Below, piece by piece: positions 1-12,046 of a stretch of 64,000 bases of DNA (position 1 is its first letter; each line of letters opens with the position of its first letter). This DNA is from an uncultured Verrucomicrobiae bacterium. Its GTDB lineage: Bacteria > Verrucomicrobiota > Verrucomicrobiia > Chthoniobacterales > JAATET01. The stretch covers positions 480,001 to 544,000 of the forward strand of contig CAVRCI010000013.1 of the NCBI GenBank assembly GCA_963719495.1, read 5' to 3'. Below the pieces are notes generated by a model that had not been told where the DNA came from, did no database searches, and worked only from the letters and a program-made list of their open reading frames with translations. The position numbers and the translations under genes were made by a program.

Positions 1-613
1 CCAGAGCCTCCAACGAACGTCCGATAAACACCGGCACCGACCACCCCGCCGCCATGAAAACCAACCCCGCGAGGCAGGCGATGATCAGCGGATTTCGCGC
101 CATCGAAAGCCCCATCAGCACGAAACTCCCACGCCCCAACCGGTGGCGGCTCGCCTGCAGCACGATCACCGCCAGCACGTTGTAGAGCGCCATGATCGGC
201 GTGATCGCCAGGAAGATCGTCGCCATCGCCCGCTCCCGCTCGGCCCCGCCCAGATCGGCCAGCGCGTAGGTCAAAATCGGCAGTCCAACGAAGAGAAAAT
301 TTCCCCGAAACGCGCTCTGAACAAAAGTCCCCACCACCGCCCCCGGCAGCCGCAGCACCCCCACCGCTAGAACCCACGCCAGCGCCGCCGCCAATAAAGT
401 CGTCGCCGCCAGCACCCCGATCAGCCGCACCGTGTCGTCCGCCGGTTCCTCCGCCGAAGCGATGCTCATGAAAATCAAACTCGGCAGCGCGAGGTAGAAA
501 ACGAGCCGGTTCAGATCGATCATGAACTCCCGCCCGAGGAACCGCCCGCGCGCCAAAGCCGCCCCCAGCGCGAGCAGCAAAATAATGGGCGCCAGCGTCT
601 CGACGATTTGCAT
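1..613 (-). CDS. AEC (auxin efflux carrier) family transporter, 3' end outside window
   Basis: Manual translation from ATG at 613: MQIVETLAPIILLLALGAALARGRFLGREFMIDLNRLVFYLALPSLIF..., hydrophobic with the AEC-type LNRLVFYxALP motif. Confidence 0.8.
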   Translation of the reverse strand, partial: MQIVETLAPIILLLALGAALARGRFLGREFMIDLNRLVFYLALPSLIFMSIASAEEPADDTVRLIGVLAATTLLAAALAWVLAVGVLRLPGAVVGTFVQSAFRGNFLFVGLPILTYALADLGGAERERAMATIFLAITPIMALYNVLAVIVLQASRHRLGRGSFVLMGLSMARNPLIIACLAGLVFMAAGWSVPVFIGRSLEAL

Positions 614-626
614 GCGATTTTCCGGG

Positions 627-1061
627 CTAGAGAACAATCAAGTTCGAGCTCTCCGCTCCAACGACTGCGGCCAGCGAAATCCCTTGATCGAAGGTCACCA
701 AGCAACCCTCGTGATGCGTCGCCACGGCGAGAAGATAGACGTCCGTGATCTGGCGCGATCCCAGGACACGGGCCAATTCGAAAGTCTCGGGATCACAGAA
801 CGAAACGGCGTTCGGCCAAAATTCGTGGTTGGTCTGATTTCGGAAATCCCGCAATCGCGCCCCAACGTCCGCGACCGAAAGCCGCCGGTCGGGGGAATAG
901 TTCGGGTTAGCCAGGATGCGAATCAGCCCGTTTTCGGTCAAAGCCGTGCTGGACCACTCATCGCCGTCGGTCGAAAACCAATCGTGAGCGCGCTGATGAA
1001 AGGCGTGATCCTCGTCGAAAAGAGCGAGCAGAACGTTCACGTCCAGGAGGTGCCGTCTCAA
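627..1061 (-). CDS. vapC: VapC-family PIN-domain toxin
   Basis: LLDVNVLLAL, TENGLIRI, QITDVYLLAVA, LVTFD PIN motifs; overlaps upstream antitoxin by 4 nt. Confidence 0.9.
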   Translation of the reverse strand: MRRHLLDVNVLLALFDEDHAFHQRAHDWFSTDGDEWSSTALTENGLIRILANPNYSPDRRLSVADVGARLRDFRNQTNHEFWPNAVSFCDPETFELARVLGSRQITDVYLLAVATHHEGCLVTFDQGISLAAVVGAESSNLIVL

Positions 1062-1288
1062 ACCCCCTCTTCCTCCATGATCCGTCGGACGTGTTCCATC
1101 GTCACGACCCGTCCCGTCGCCGGAAGCACCGGGACGCCATTTCGAACTTTCCTTCCAGCGCCGACCGGCGAAACAAGCCCCTGCCGGGCAAGTCTCGACA
1201 GAACCGCACCGGTGCTCAGCCGCTCCCGAGCCGCGATTTCTTTCGCTGCCTGCAAAATGTCACCCTCGATGTCCAATGTTGTCCGCAT
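1058..1288 (-). CDS. vapB: VapB-type antitoxin (ribbon-helix-helix like), 76 aa
   Basis: MRTTLDIEGDILQAAKEIAARERLSTGAVLSRLARQGL...RNGVPVLP; ATG at 1288 inside the longer ORF 1058..1741. Confidence 0.85.
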   Translation of the reverse strand: MRTTLDIEGDILQAAKEIAARERLSTGAVLSRLARQGLVSPVGAGRKVRNGVPVLPATGRVVTMEHVRRIMEEEGV

Positions 1289-1329
1289 GCGATGATGTTG
1301 CCGCATCACCGCATCATCCGCAACTCCGA

Positions 1330-3705
1330 TCAATACGTCCCCTGCGTCACCCCGAGTTGCGGTTGGGCGCGGAGGTGGCGCCAGAGGTTTTCGCCGGTCG
1401 TTTGGCCGTCGAGGAGCGCGCGGTAGGTTTCGAGGATCCGGCGCGTCTCGTCCGGCGACTCCTCGAGCAGCTCGACGCGGAAATTCCGCAGCCCCGCCGC
1501 CACGAGCGGTTCGAAAAATTTCGCGCCCGTCTGCGCCTTCGCGTTGAAGAGCGTGTTCCGGCAGCCCACGTCCGCCCGCAGCGGATGCTCGACGCCGACG
1601 CGGTCCCGCAGATGGACCCGGTGCGTGTCGCAGGGCCGTCCGCAATTCGTGTGGTCCGTCCCGTCCGACAGGAACGCCGCAAAGACGCAGTGCTCCATGT
1701 GAAACATCGGCATGTGCTGGTGAATCGTCAGCTCGAACCACTCCGCCGGCGCGCCCGCGAGCAACGCCAGCACCTGACCAATCGTCAAATCATACGAAAT
1801 CGTCAGGCGCTCGAGTTCGTGGTCTTTGAAAACCCGCGCCGTCAGCGGATTCGCCACGTTGAGCGAAAAATCCCCGATCCGCCGCCGCGAACTCCCGCGA
1901 AAATACTCGATCGCCCCGACGTTGCGAATGAGCACCCCGTCGGGCGCGGCGTTTTCGATCAGTTTGAAAAACCCCCGCTCGCCCGCCTTCTGAATCCGCG
2001 GCGTCGCGAGGAAAATCGGCGCGCTCAAACCCGAAGCCCGCACCAGCGCGACCGCGTCCCGGTAGCGCCGCACGTCCTCGAAATCCACGAGCAGAACGTC
2101 CGCGTCGAAGGCGGCCTCGAGCTGCTCCATCGTCCGACAAAGCACCGACAAAGCCGCGCCAGGCTCCGGCTCTGCAGTCGCGGGCACACTCAGCGGCACC
2201 TCGATCCGAGGCGGAGCCGTCCGCTCGGTCACGCGATAGATCAGCTCCCGCCGCAAGCGATTCAGCTCGCTGATCGGCACGATCACTTCGCCCTCGATCG
2301 CGTTGTCCACGACGCCGAGCGAAAACGGCGTCTCGTCCAACTTCCCGAGCTGCGCCGCCAACCGCTCCGTCGTGAGCGGCTGATTCCGAGCCGCCTCCAG
2401 CCCCTTCGCCGACTCGACCGTCACCCCCCGCGCCGAGATCCGCAGCGGCTCGCCGACCCGCCCGCTGACGCAAAAATCAAGCGCCGCCTTCCGTCGCGAA
2501 GGCAAGTGCCCCGCGTAAGTCCCACGCAGATCCCGCCCCAGCGACGGGTCGTCCGTTTTCCACACCCGGTCGCCCACCGTGACGCCCTCCAGATCCGTGC
2601 GCTTGGGATCGAATTCTACCCGCCGCCCCGTCACCCGCACGATCCGCCCACCACTCTCCGCGTCCGTGTCCCCGCCGCTATCGAAGACCACCCCATCACC
2701 CACGCTCAGCGCCAATTCCCCGTCGACGTCCACCCAGGAACGCCCGACCCGCGTGACCCGACCGACGAACGGCCCCCGCTTCTTCCCGAACCGCGCCGGC
2801 ACCAACCGCTGATGATTCACCCCGTGCATCCAGCCCGAAAACAGCCCGCGCGAAAACGTCATCTCCAGCCGATACCAATCGTTCGCCGTCACGTCGTGCG
2901 CCCGCGCGTCGATCGCGGCATCCAGCGCCATCCGGTAGACGCTCGTCACCGCCGCCACGTATTCCGGCGACTTCAGCCGACCCTCGATCTTGAAACTCCG
3001 CACCCCCAGCGCGACCAGCTTCGGAATCTCCTCCACCGCCGCCAGATCCTGCGGCGAAAGCAAATACCGCCGGTCGCCCAGATCCCGCGTCGCCCCATCG
3101 ACCACCAATTCGTAAGGCATCCGGCACGCCTGCGCGCACTCCCCGCGATTCGCACTCCGCTGACCCAACGACTCGCTGGTCAAACACTGACCCGAATACG
3201 CGACGCACAGCGCCCCGTGAACGAACACCTCGAGCGGCACCGCCCCCGGGTCGAATTTCGCCAGCTCCCGCATCGAAAGCTCCCGCGCCAGCACGACCTG
3301 CCGCACCCCGAGGTCGCGCGCAAACGCCACGCCCTCCGGCGAAGTGATCGTCATTTGCGTCGAAGCGTGCACCCGTAATCCCGGCGTGATCCGCCGCGCC
3401 AGGTCCGCGAGTCCCACGTCCTGAATGATCACCGCGTCCACCCCCGCGTCCTGGAGTTCCCGCAACTGATCCGCCGCCGCCGCGAGTTCTTCGGTGAAGA
3501 CCAGCACGTTGAACGTCACGTAAGCCTTCACCCCGTGATTGTGCAGGAACGTCACGACCGCCGGCAGATCGTCGAAATTCTCCGCCCGCATCCGCGCGTT
3601 GAACGTCGGCATCCCGAAGAACACCGCGTCCGCCCCGTTCGCCACCGCCGCCCGCACGCAATCCCAGTCACCGGCGGGCGCGAGGAGTTCGGGTGGATTC
3701 GTCAT
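1330..3705 (-). CDS. U32 peptidase-family protein (RlhA-like long form, probable Fe-S-dependent RNA hydroxylase)
   Basis: PELLAPAG, HASTQMTI, EVFVHGALCVAYSGQC, SANRGECAQACR, KIEGRLK; start taken at MTNPPELL. Confidence 0.85.
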   Translation of the reverse strand: MTNPPELLAPAGDWDCVRAAVANGADAVFFGMPTFNARMRAENFDDLPAVVTFLHNHGVKAYVTFNVLVFTEELAAAADQLRELQDAGVDAVIIQDVGLADLARRITPGLRVHASTQMTITSPEGVAFARDLGVRQVVLARELSMRELAKFDPGAVPLEVFVHGALCVAYSGQCLTSESLGQRSANRGECAQACRMPYELVVDGATRDLGDRRYLLSPQDLAAVEEIPKLVALGVRSFKIEGRLKSPEYVAAVTSVYRMALDAAIDARAHDVTANDWYRLEMTFSRGLFSGWMHGVNHQRLVPARFGKKRGPFVGRVTRVGRSWVDVDGELALSVGDGVVFDSGGDTDAESGGRIVRVTGRRVEFDPKRTDLEGVTVGDRVWKTDDPSLGRDLRGTYAGHLPSRRKAALDFCVSGRVGEPLRISARGVTVESAKGLEAARNQPLTTERLAAQLGKLDETPFSLGVVDNAIEGEVIVPISELNRLRRELIYRVTERTAPPRIEVPLSVPATAEPEPGAALSVLCRTMEQLEAAFDADVLLVDFEDVRRYRDAVALVRASGLSAPIFLATPRIQKAGERGFFKLIENAAPDGVLIRNVGAIEYFRGSSRRRIGDFSLNVANPLTARVFKDHELERLTISYDLTIGQVLALLAGAPAEWFELTIHQHMPMFHMEHCVFAAFLSDGTDHTNCGRPCDTHRVHLRDRVGVEHPLRADVGCRNTLFNAKAQTGAKFFEPLVAAGLRNFRVELLEESPDETRRILETYRALLDGQTTGENLWRHLRAQPQLGVTQGTY

Positions 3706-3769
3706 GGCCGGCCTAGAATCCGCGCAACCCGCCTTGTTGTCCACCGTGCGCCGCCGTTAATCTCGGTAA

Positions 3770-4072
3770 ATGCCCACCCCGCTCGCGCCCACCGTCGTCA
3801 ACCGCATCGGCAACGAACTCGCCATCGCCTGGACGGACGGAGCCGAAACCTACTTCGAACTCGAGCGCCTCCGCCGAGCCTGCCCCTGCGCCGCCTGCGG
3901 GGGCGAGCCCGACGTCCTCGGCCGCGTCATCCGCCCGGACGTCGAATATTCGCCCACCAGTTTCGACCTGGCCGGCTGGGAATTCGTCGGAGGCTACGGC
4001 CTCCAACCCCGCTGGACCGACGGCCACCGCACCGGCATCTACTCGTATAGTTACCTCCGCCGCCTGGCGTAA
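3770..4072 (+). CDS. DUF971 / GBBH-N-like small metal-binding protein
   Basis: LRRACPCAAC and WxDGHxTGIYSYxYL motifs. Confidence 0.85.
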   Translation: MPTPLAPTVVNRIGNELAIAWTDGAETYFELERLRRACPCAACGGEPDVLGRVIRPDVEYSPTSFDLAGWEFVGGYGLQPRWTDGHRTGIYSYSYLRRLA

Positions 4073-4147
4073 GCCCAACGGTCCACAGGACCGCCATCCA
4101 TCAACCGCTGTCCCACCTCAGTCCGAAGGACTGCCCTCCAACAAACC

Positions 4148-4322
4148 CTGTCATTCTGAGCGAAGCGAAGAATCTCTGGAATACACTCCGTTGCGCGTCC
4201 GCAGTCGGGAAACGCTGACTCTATCGCGCCCCGATCGCTGACAAGAAGCAAGAGATTGCCTCTTCGGTTCCGGATAAAAGTGAGAGGCGGTCGATGGCTC
4301 TTCGCTTCGCTCAGAATGCCAG
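4148..4322. repeat. Inverted-repeat element, TGTCATTCTGAGCGAAGCGAAG family, copy 1
   Basis: Arms ctgtcattctgagcgaagcgaag ... cttcgcttcgctcagaatgccag; related copies at 43929, 51215, 60063. Confidence 0.85.
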
Positions 4323-4356
4323 TCGGGAAAGGGAAACCCCCTCCAGCCGAACAACC

Positions 4357-5199
4357 TCACCCCACCACCAGCGCCACCACCGGCGTCAGCAGCGCCAGAT
4401 CCGCCCAGGCACAAGTCGCGTCCGCCCCGATCCGCCGTTCCAGCCAAGGCCCCATCGCGATCAACAACGCCGACGCCAACAGCGACCCACCCGTCGCCTC
4501 CAACCCGGTCACCGCCAGAATCGCCACCAGCACCACCGCCACCCCCAGCGCCACCACCCGCCCCGGTCGCGCCCGCTCCCCGAATCGCACCGCGATCGAC
4601 GATTCCCCCCGCGCCAAATCCCGATCCCGCTCCAGCCGAGCGATCAGCAAACAATTCGCGAAGCAAACCACCGCAAACCCGACCACCTCCACCGCCACCA
4701 CCCACGAAAACGCGTTCACCAACGGCACCAACGCCGCACCCCCCGCGAAGACCACGCTCACCACCACCTCCTTCAACCACCCCCGCCCGAACCGCGCCCC
4801 CGCCAGCTGATTCCAGACAAAATACCCCACCACCAATCCCCCCAACGCCAATCCGCCCACGAGCACGCCCCCCGGCAATCGCGTCAGCGCCAACCCCGCC
4901 CCCCCCACCGCCGCCACCCCGATCCCGATCGACAAAGCCCCCGCGTGCCTCCGCCCAAACCGGTGCCGAGCCGCCGTCGTCGGCCCGACCGAAAGCCGAT
5001 AGCCGTCGAGCACCCGGTCCCCCGCGTAAATGATCCAAACCGCCAGGAAAAGGACCACCCGCTCACTCACCGTCACCGCGCACCCCGCCGTCCGAGCAAA
5101 GAGCTCCTGCCAAACCACGGTGATCAGCGGCGCGTCCAAGTTGAGAACGTTCAGCCACAAATACCAAGGCGTCCGCGCCCCCGAAGAATCCCCCGTCAT
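4357..5199 (-). CDS. Integral membrane protein, possibly UbiA-prenyltransferase-like
   Basis: Multiple TM segments; WIIYAGDRVLDG and LERDRD acidic motifs. Confidence 0.55.
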   Translation of the reverse strand: MTGDSSGARTPWYLWLNVLNLDAPLITVVWQELFARTAGCAVTVSERVVLFLAVWIIYAGDRVLDGYRLSVGPTTAARHRFGRRHAGALSIGIGVAAVGGAGLALTRLPGGVLVGGLALGGLVVGYFVWNQLAGARFGRGWLKEVVVSVVFAGGAALVPLVNAFSWVVAVEVVGFAVVCFANCLLIARLERDRDLARGESSIAVRFGERARPGRVVALGVAVVLVAILAVTGLEATGGSLLASALLIAMGPWLERRIGADATCAWADLALLTPVVALVVG

Positions 5200-5216
5200 C
5201 GATCGACTCAGACATT

Positions 5217-5307
5217 TGTAGCGGCGGGTCTATGACCGCCGCTGACTTCCTCGAACAAACGCCGCCCGCAAGCTCGACGGCCCCGACGGTCACAGACCGC
5301 CGCTACA
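5217..5307. repeat. GTAG-type REP doublet (REPIN-like)
   Basis: tgtagcggcgggtctatgaccgccg ... cggtcacagaccgccgctaca inverted pair. Confidence 0.75.
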
Positions 5308-5412
5308 AAATCCATCGCGTTCGTTTCCTTGAAAATCATCCTCGGAGCACAATCAGGTCACAACGGTTTGTTTGGCGATTCGGCACGGCTGTGGTAATCC
5401 CGACCCATCGGC

Positions 5413-7572
5413 ATGGCGGAAACGGTTCGTTTTGAACACTACGAAGTGCGCCGGCGCGAGGACGGCACCCTGTGGGAACTCGGCCGCGGCGCCATGGGCA
5501 TCACCTACCGCGCCTTCGACACCAACCTCCGCACCGACGTCGCGCTCAAGGTCATCAACGCCGCCCAGCTCGCCAGCCCCTCCGCCCGCGAGCGCTTCCT
5601 CCGCGAAGCCCGCGCCGCCGCCGCCATCCGCCACGCCAACGTCGCCACCGTCTACCACCTCGGCCAAGCCGACGACGCGTTCTTCTACGCGATGGAATTC
5701 ATCGACGGCGAGACGCTCGAAGACCTCATGGACCGCGAAGGAGCCCTCCCCACGCTCCTCGCCCTCGACGTCACCGACCAGGTCGCCCGCGCCCTCGGCA
5801 CCGCCGAAAAACGCGGCCTCGTCCACCGCGACATCAAACCCGCGAATCTCATGCTCACCCGCGACGAGGACGACGACCTCCGCGTCCGCGTCATCGACTT
5901 CGGACTCGCCAAAGCCGCCGACCGCCACTCCGGCTTCGACGCCGCGACCATCACCCAGGGCGGATTCCTCGGCACCCCCCACTTCGCCAGCCCCGAGCAA
6001 CTCGACGAAGCCGAGCTCGACGTCCGCTCCGACATCTACTCCCTCGGCGTCACCCTCTACTACCTGCTCGCCGGCAAGGCCCCCTTCAGCGGCTCCGTCG
6101 CGCAGGTCATGAGCCAGCACCTCCACCGCGACCCGCCACTCACCGCCGTCGCCGACCGCCCCACTCCCGTTCTCGCCCTGCTGAAAACCATGCTGGCCAA
6201 GGCCCCGTCAGCCCGCCCCCCGTCCGCCTCCGCCCTCCGCACCCTCATCGGCGACTGCATCGCCCAGGTCCGCGACGTCCGTCACGCCTCCATCACGACT
6301 TTGCCGGACGCGGAATGGTCCGCCGCCCCGTCGCTCGCCGACCACGGATTCCTCCCGTCCGCCGAGGCCATGACGATCCTCACTTCCATCGCCGGCGGCC
6401 TCGAAGCCCTCCAGAGAGCGGGCCTCCCCGTCCCAAAACTCACGACCGCCAAGATCAAACTCCTCCCCGGTCCCGCCGACACCACCCAGCCGCGATTCCT
6501 CGCCGCCACCGACGCCACGACCCCGGACCCCGCCCCCGTCCGCTCCCTCGCCGCCATCGCCTACGAGCTCTTCGACGGCTCCCTGCGCGATCCCGCCGCG
6601 ATCGAATTCGCCCCCATCCCCGACCTCCCGGCCGCCGCCAACCGCGTCCTCCGCCGCGCGTTCGATCCCACCAAAGGCTACCCGTCGCCCATCGCCTTCG
6701 TCGCCGATCTCGGCGATGCCGTCGGCGACCCGTGCGGAGTCGTCAGCGCTCCCGCCGCCAGCGAGGTCACCATCCCGCCGCCCGAGGACCACACGCCGCC
6801 GATCGACCGCGTCGCCCTGGCCCGCGCCCCCCGCCGCCGCGTCCCCGCCTGGGTCGGAGCCCTCGGCGGCCTCCTGGCACTCGCCCTCCTCGCCCTCCTC
6901 GCCCTCTTCTACTCACTCCGCCTCCCCCCCGAACTCCGCTTCCCACCCGAGACCACGCCGCCACCCCCCACTCCTACCCCATCGCTCTCACCCCCGCCCG
7001 AGCCAACCCCCGATCCGACTCCCACCCTCGTCCCATTCCAAGCCCCCAGCGCGACGCCCAGCCCGATCGACCCCGTCGTCCGCCGAGCCGCGAGCCTCGC
7101 CGCCGCCAACCGCCCCGGCGTCGCCCTCGACATCCTCGCCCAAGCCTGGGAACGCGACCGCGCGAACGAGGCCATCCCCGCCGAAATGGAGCGCATCGCC
7201 GCGACCCTCCGCGACCAGCCGCTCGCCGACGAATCCTTCGCCGACCTCGAAGACGCTCTCCAGCGAGCCGCCGAAGCCCACTCCGAATCCGCCCAACTCC
7301 TTCTCGCCGAGCGCTACCGCGAAGCCGACCCCGCCCTCTTCATCAAATACGCCACCATCGCCGAGAACGACGGCAGCCCCGCCGGAGCCCGCCTCATGGC
7401 CGAGGCCTACGAACTCGGCATCGGCGTCGATCCCGACCCCACCCGCGCCCTCGAATACCGCCGCCGCGCCGGCGAATTTCTCCCACCAACGCCGTCGCCG
7501 TCTCCCACGCCAAACCAGCCACCAGCAACCGCTCCGACCTTGCCAACCCCCGCCCCACCCGATAACCCCTAA
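5413..7572 (+). CDS. Hanks-type Ser/Thr protein kinase with TM helix, Pro-rich linker and Sel1-like C-terminal region
   Basis: LGRGAMG, VALKVI, HRDIKPANL, DFGLAK, GTPHFASPEQ, DIYSLG; LLALALLALLALF TM. Confidence 0.92.
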   Translation: MAETVRFEHYEVRRREDGTLWELGRGAMGITYRAFDTNLRTDVALKVINAAQLASPSARERFLREARAAAAIRHANVATVYHLGQADDAFFYAMEFIDGETLEDLMDREGALPTLLALDVTDQVARALGTAEKRGLVHRDIKPANLMLTRDEDDDLRVRVIDFGLAKAADRHSGFDAATITQGGFLGTPHFASPEQLDEAELDVRSDIYSLGVTLYYLLAGKAPFSGSVAQVMSQHLHRDPPLTAVADRPTPVLALLKTMLAKAPSARPPSASALRTLIGDCIAQVRDVRHASITTLPDAEWSAAPSLADHGFLPSAEAMTILTSIAGGLEALQRAGLPVPKLTTAKIKLLPGPADTTQPRFLAATDATTPDPAPVRSLAAIAYELFDGSLRDPAAIEFAPIPDLPAAANRVLRRAFDPTKGYPSPIAFVADLGDAVGDPCGVVSAPAASEVTIPPPEDHTPPIDRVALARAPRRRVPAWVGALGGLLALALLALLALFYSLRLPPELRFPPETTPPPPTPTPSLSPPPEPTPDPTPTLVPFQAPSATPSPIDPVVRRAASLAAANRPGVALDILAQAWERDRANEAIPAEMERIAATLRDQPLADESFADLEDALQRAAEAHSESAQLLLAERYREADPALFIKYATIAENDGSPAGARLMAEAYELGIGVDPDPTRALEYRRRAGEFLPPTPSPSPTPNQPPATAPTLPTPAPPDNP

Positions 7573-7614
7573 CGTCCGCCCGCTCGCCGGGGACCCGGCG
7601 CGGCGCTTCGATCC

Positions 7615-8807
<1,193 letters not shown>

Positions 8808-8811
<4 letters not shown>

Positions 8812-9170
8812 GGATTCAGGAAATCGCCTTCTCCTGCTACCCGGTCACCGACGTGCCCCGGGCCAAATCCTTCTACGAAGGAATCCTCGGCCTCACGCCC
8901 ACGATGGATCACGAGATGGAAGGCGGCCACTGGGTCGAATACGACATCGGCCCCGCCACCCTCGCCATCGGCAAAGCCCCCGGCTGGACCCCTTCCAGCG
9001 ACGGCTGCTCCGTCGGTCTGGAGGTCGAGGATTTCGAATCTGCCATCACCGAACTCAAGGCCGCGAACGTCCCTTTTGGGATGGAAGCCTTCGAAACCCC
9101 CGTCTGCCACATGGCGATGATCAAAGACCCCGACGGCAACATCGTCATCATCCACAAACGCAAGGCCTGA
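8808..9170 (+). CDS. VOC/glyoxalase family protein
   Basis: [29 protein letters not shown] overlap with sucC. Confidence 0.88.
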
Positions 9171-9222
9171 GTCGCCTCACCCATTTCCAATTCAGCATTC
9201 CAAATTTCTAATTTAAAAGAAG

Positions 9223-10116
9223 ATGGCCATTCTCGTCACACCAGACACCAAAGTTCTCGTCCAAGGCATCACCGGTAGTTTCGGTGGCCGCCACGCGCAA
9301 CTCAGCCTCGACTACGGCACGCAAATCGTCGCTGGAGTCACTCCCGGTAAGGGCGGCCAGACGTTCGCCGACACCGTCCCGATCTACGACACCGTCCGCG
9401 AAGCCGCCACCCAGACCGGCGCGACCGTCTCCGTCATTTTCGTCCCGCCACCCTTCGCCGCCGACGCCATCTTCGAAGCCATGGACGCCGGCCTCGACCT
9501 CGCCGTCTGCATCACCGAGGGCATCCCGGTCAACGACATGGTCCGCGTCAAACAAGCCCTCAAAGGCTCCAGGACCCGCCTCATCGGCCCGAACTGCCCC
9601 GGCCTCGTCACCCCCGGCACCGGCGAGAATTCCCACGGCGGCTGCCGCATCGGCATCGCCCCCGGCTACATCCACAAGCGCGGCAACGTCGGCGTCGTCT
9701 CCCGCTCCGGCACCCTCACCTACGAGGCCGTCTGGCAATTGACCACCCGCGGCCTTGGCCAGAGCACCTGCGTCGGCATCGGCGGCGACCCCGTCAACGG
9801 CACGTCCCACCTCGACGTCCTCGAGATGTTCAACGACGACCCCGAGACCGAAGCCATCATCATGATCGGCGAAATCGGCGGCACCGCCGAAGAAGAAGCC
9901 GCCGCCTGGGCCAAGGAAAACTGCAAGAAACCGATCGCCGCTTTCATCGCCGGAGCGACCGCCCCCCCCGGCCGCCGGATGGGCCACGCCGGGGCCATCG
10001 TCAGCGGAGGCGAAGGCACGGCCGCCGCCAAAACCGAAGCCATGAGAAACGCCGGCATCGCGGTCGCCGACACCCCAGCCGACATGGCCGACACCCTCAT
10101 CCGCCACATGCGGTAG
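9223..10116 (+). CDS. sucD: Succinyl-CoA synthetase alpha subunit
   Basis: [37 protein letters not shown]. Confidence 0.97.
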   Translation: MAILVTPDTKVLVQGITGSFGGRHAQLSLDYGTQIVAGVTPGKGGQTFADTVPIYDTVREAATQTGATVSVIFVPPPFAADAIFEAMDAGLDLAVCITEGIPVNDMVRVKQALKGSRTRLIGPNCPGLVTPGTGENSHGGCRIGIAPGYIHKRGNVGVVSRSGTLTYEAVWQLTTRGLGQSTCVGIGGDPVNGTSHLDVLEMFNDDPETEAIIMIGEIGGTAEEEAAAWAKENCKKPIAAFIAGATAPPGRRMGHAGAIVSGGEGTAAAKTEAMRNAGIAVADTPADMADTLIRHMR

Positions 10117-10156
10117 GGAAGCCGCGCCGCCGGGTTCCCAAACCATCTCCCAGAGC
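10112..10156 (+). repeat. GTAG-type REP that supplies the sucD TAG stop; near-identical copy at 37827
   Basis: ggtagggaagccgcgccgccgggttcc...accatctcccag at both sites. Confidence 0.8.
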
Positions 10157-10279
10157 TCCGCAACCACAAGAGCGAGCCACCCACTCCCCAACCGCACTTA
10201 ACTCGCTCCCCGCACCCTCACTTGCACCCCCGCGCGTCGCTCCCCACGCCACCCGAGCCACCCCGAGCCGCGCAAGCCG

Positions 10280-12046
10280 TCACCGCATCAGGTAAACCAC
10301 CTGAGTCCCCGAAGTCGCCACCGGCGGACTCATCTCTCCCAACCGCTCGCGCCAAAACTCCGACCGCCCCGCCTCGGTCACCAGCGCCACGCCCGCCCCC
10401 TCGCGCCAAAGCCCCGCGAACTCCCCGACCGTCAGATATCGGTCGCGCCCCAGACCCTCCGTCCGCGTCAGAAAATCCTCCTCGGGATTCTGCCCGATGA
10501 GCGTCACCTCATCCCCGACGTAGAACAGCAGGCTGCTTCCCGTATCGACCCCACCGTCGTAAGCGATCCGCACCCCGCGACGCGCCAGCTCCCGCAAAGT
10601 CGGAGCCATCTCCGCGACCGAAAAATACGGCGCCACCCGCGCGTATCCCGCCATCGCGCCGAAGCTCAAACTCGCCGCCGCCAGCATCACCGCCCGCATC
10701 GCCATCATCCGCCGCCCCCCGGCCAGCATCGCCAGCGCCCCAACCAGCGCCACCAGCGCAAATCCCAGACTCAGCCGCCCCAAGTGCGCCAGCGAACCCC
10801 AGAGCTCCCCGTCGAGTCCCACCATCGTCGTCCAAGCCGTCGCCCGCTCCGCCACCGCCGCCGAATCCCCACCCCCCACCATCGGCAGCACCACCAACGC
10901 CCCGGCGCAAACCCCACCAAACGCCACCACCCCGACCCACGAAATCCCCCGCTCGACCACCGCCGCCACCGCCAGCGCCAAAGCCGGCCAAGCGACCATC
11001 GCGTAATAATCCTGCCGCTGACCCGCCACCAGCACCGCCAAAAAGACCACCCCCACCCAAACCGCGACAAAAACCGCCGCCCGCGAAATCTCCCGCCCAC
11101 AAAACTTCGATGCGGCCGCATCGAAGTTTTGTAACGGCGTCCGCGTGTCCACCTGCGGAGTCTTCAACCCCAGCCGCACCGCCTCCGCGATCCCGATCAC
11201 CGACCATGGAAAAAGCCACGCCAGGTGCAGTAGCAAAAATTGCCCACGCGGCACGTTCGTGTAGCTCGTCGCCGGCGCCGCGCTCCCCGCCACGTGCCCC
11301 CACTGTTCGACCCAGAACAGATTCGCCAGCACCCCCGGGTACCGTGACTCGATGAACCAATACCAAGGCACGTTGATCAGCAAAAAGATCCCCACCCCCA
11401 CCACCGAAGCCAGCCGCCACGCCCGCGCCCGCCATTCCGCGACCACCAATGCCGACATCCCCACGATCACCAGCGGAAACACCAGCCCGTGCAATCCCTT
11501 CGTGAAAACCGCCAACCCGGCGAGCACCCAGAACCCCACCACCCATCGCCGCCAAGCCGCGTCGCCGACCATCACCGCCCGCAACCCGCAATAAATCGCC
11601 CACGCGATGAACGCGCAGAAAACCGGTTCCGGCATCACGATCCGAGCCAGTGTCGCCGTCCCCAGACTCGTCAACAGCACGATCCCCGCCACGAATCCCC
11701 GCCACGCCCCACCCAGCAACCCGCCGATCGCAAAGGTCGCCAGCACCCAGGCCGTCACCCCGATCGCGTTTGGTAACCGTGCCGCGAATTCGTCGATCCC
11801 AAACACTCGCATCGACCCAGCGATCATCCAGTAAAGCAGCGGCGGCTTCACCAGCCGGGGCACCCCATTGTTCTGCGGAATCAGCCAATCCCCCCAGTCG
11901 CCACCCTCCGCCATCACCCGCGCCGCACCCGCGTATTGACCATCCGTCTCGTTGTAAAGCGCCCCCCAGCCCGCCGACTGAATCTGCATCACCGCGCACA
12001 GCACGAAGAGAATGACCGCGAACCCCGCGGCGGCGGACCATTTCAC
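10280..12046 (-). CDS. ArnT/PMT-like GT-C fold membrane glycosyltransferase
   Basis: ETDGQY, PRLVKPPLLYW, EFAARLP, TKGLHG and many TM helices. Confidence 0.85.
   Translation of the reverse strand: MKWSAAAGFAVILFVLCAVMQIQSAGWGALYNETDGQYAGAARVMAEGGDWGDWLIPQNNGVPRLVKPPLLYWMIAGSMRVFGIDEFAARLPNAIGVTAWVLATFAIGGLLGGAWRGFVAGIVLLTSLGTATLARIVMPEPVFCAFIAWAIYCGLRAVMVGDAAWRRWVVGFWVLAGLAVFTKGLHGLVFPLVIVGMSALVVAEWRARAWRLASVVGVGIFLLINVPWYWFIESRYPGVLANLFWVEQWGHVAGSAAPATSYTNVPRGQFLLLHLAWLFPWSVIGIAEAVRLGLKTPQVDTRTPLQNFDAAASKFCGREISRAAVFVAVWVGVVFLAVLVAGQRQDYYAMVAWPALALAVAAVVERGISWVGVVAFGGVCAGALVVLPMVGGGDSAAVAERATAWTTMVGLDGELWGSLAHLGRLSLGFALVALVGALAMLAGGRRMMAMRAVMLAAASLSFGAMAGYARVAPYFSVAEMAPTLRELARRGVRIAYDGGVDTGSSLLFYVGDEVTLIGQNPEEDFLTRTEGLGRDRYLTVGEFAGLWREGAGVALVTEAGRSEFWRERLGEMSPPVATSGTQVVYLMR

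Noticed and set aside
627..1288. vapBC as part of a defence island
   Set aside because: Isolated ordinary type II TA pair among housekeeping genes.
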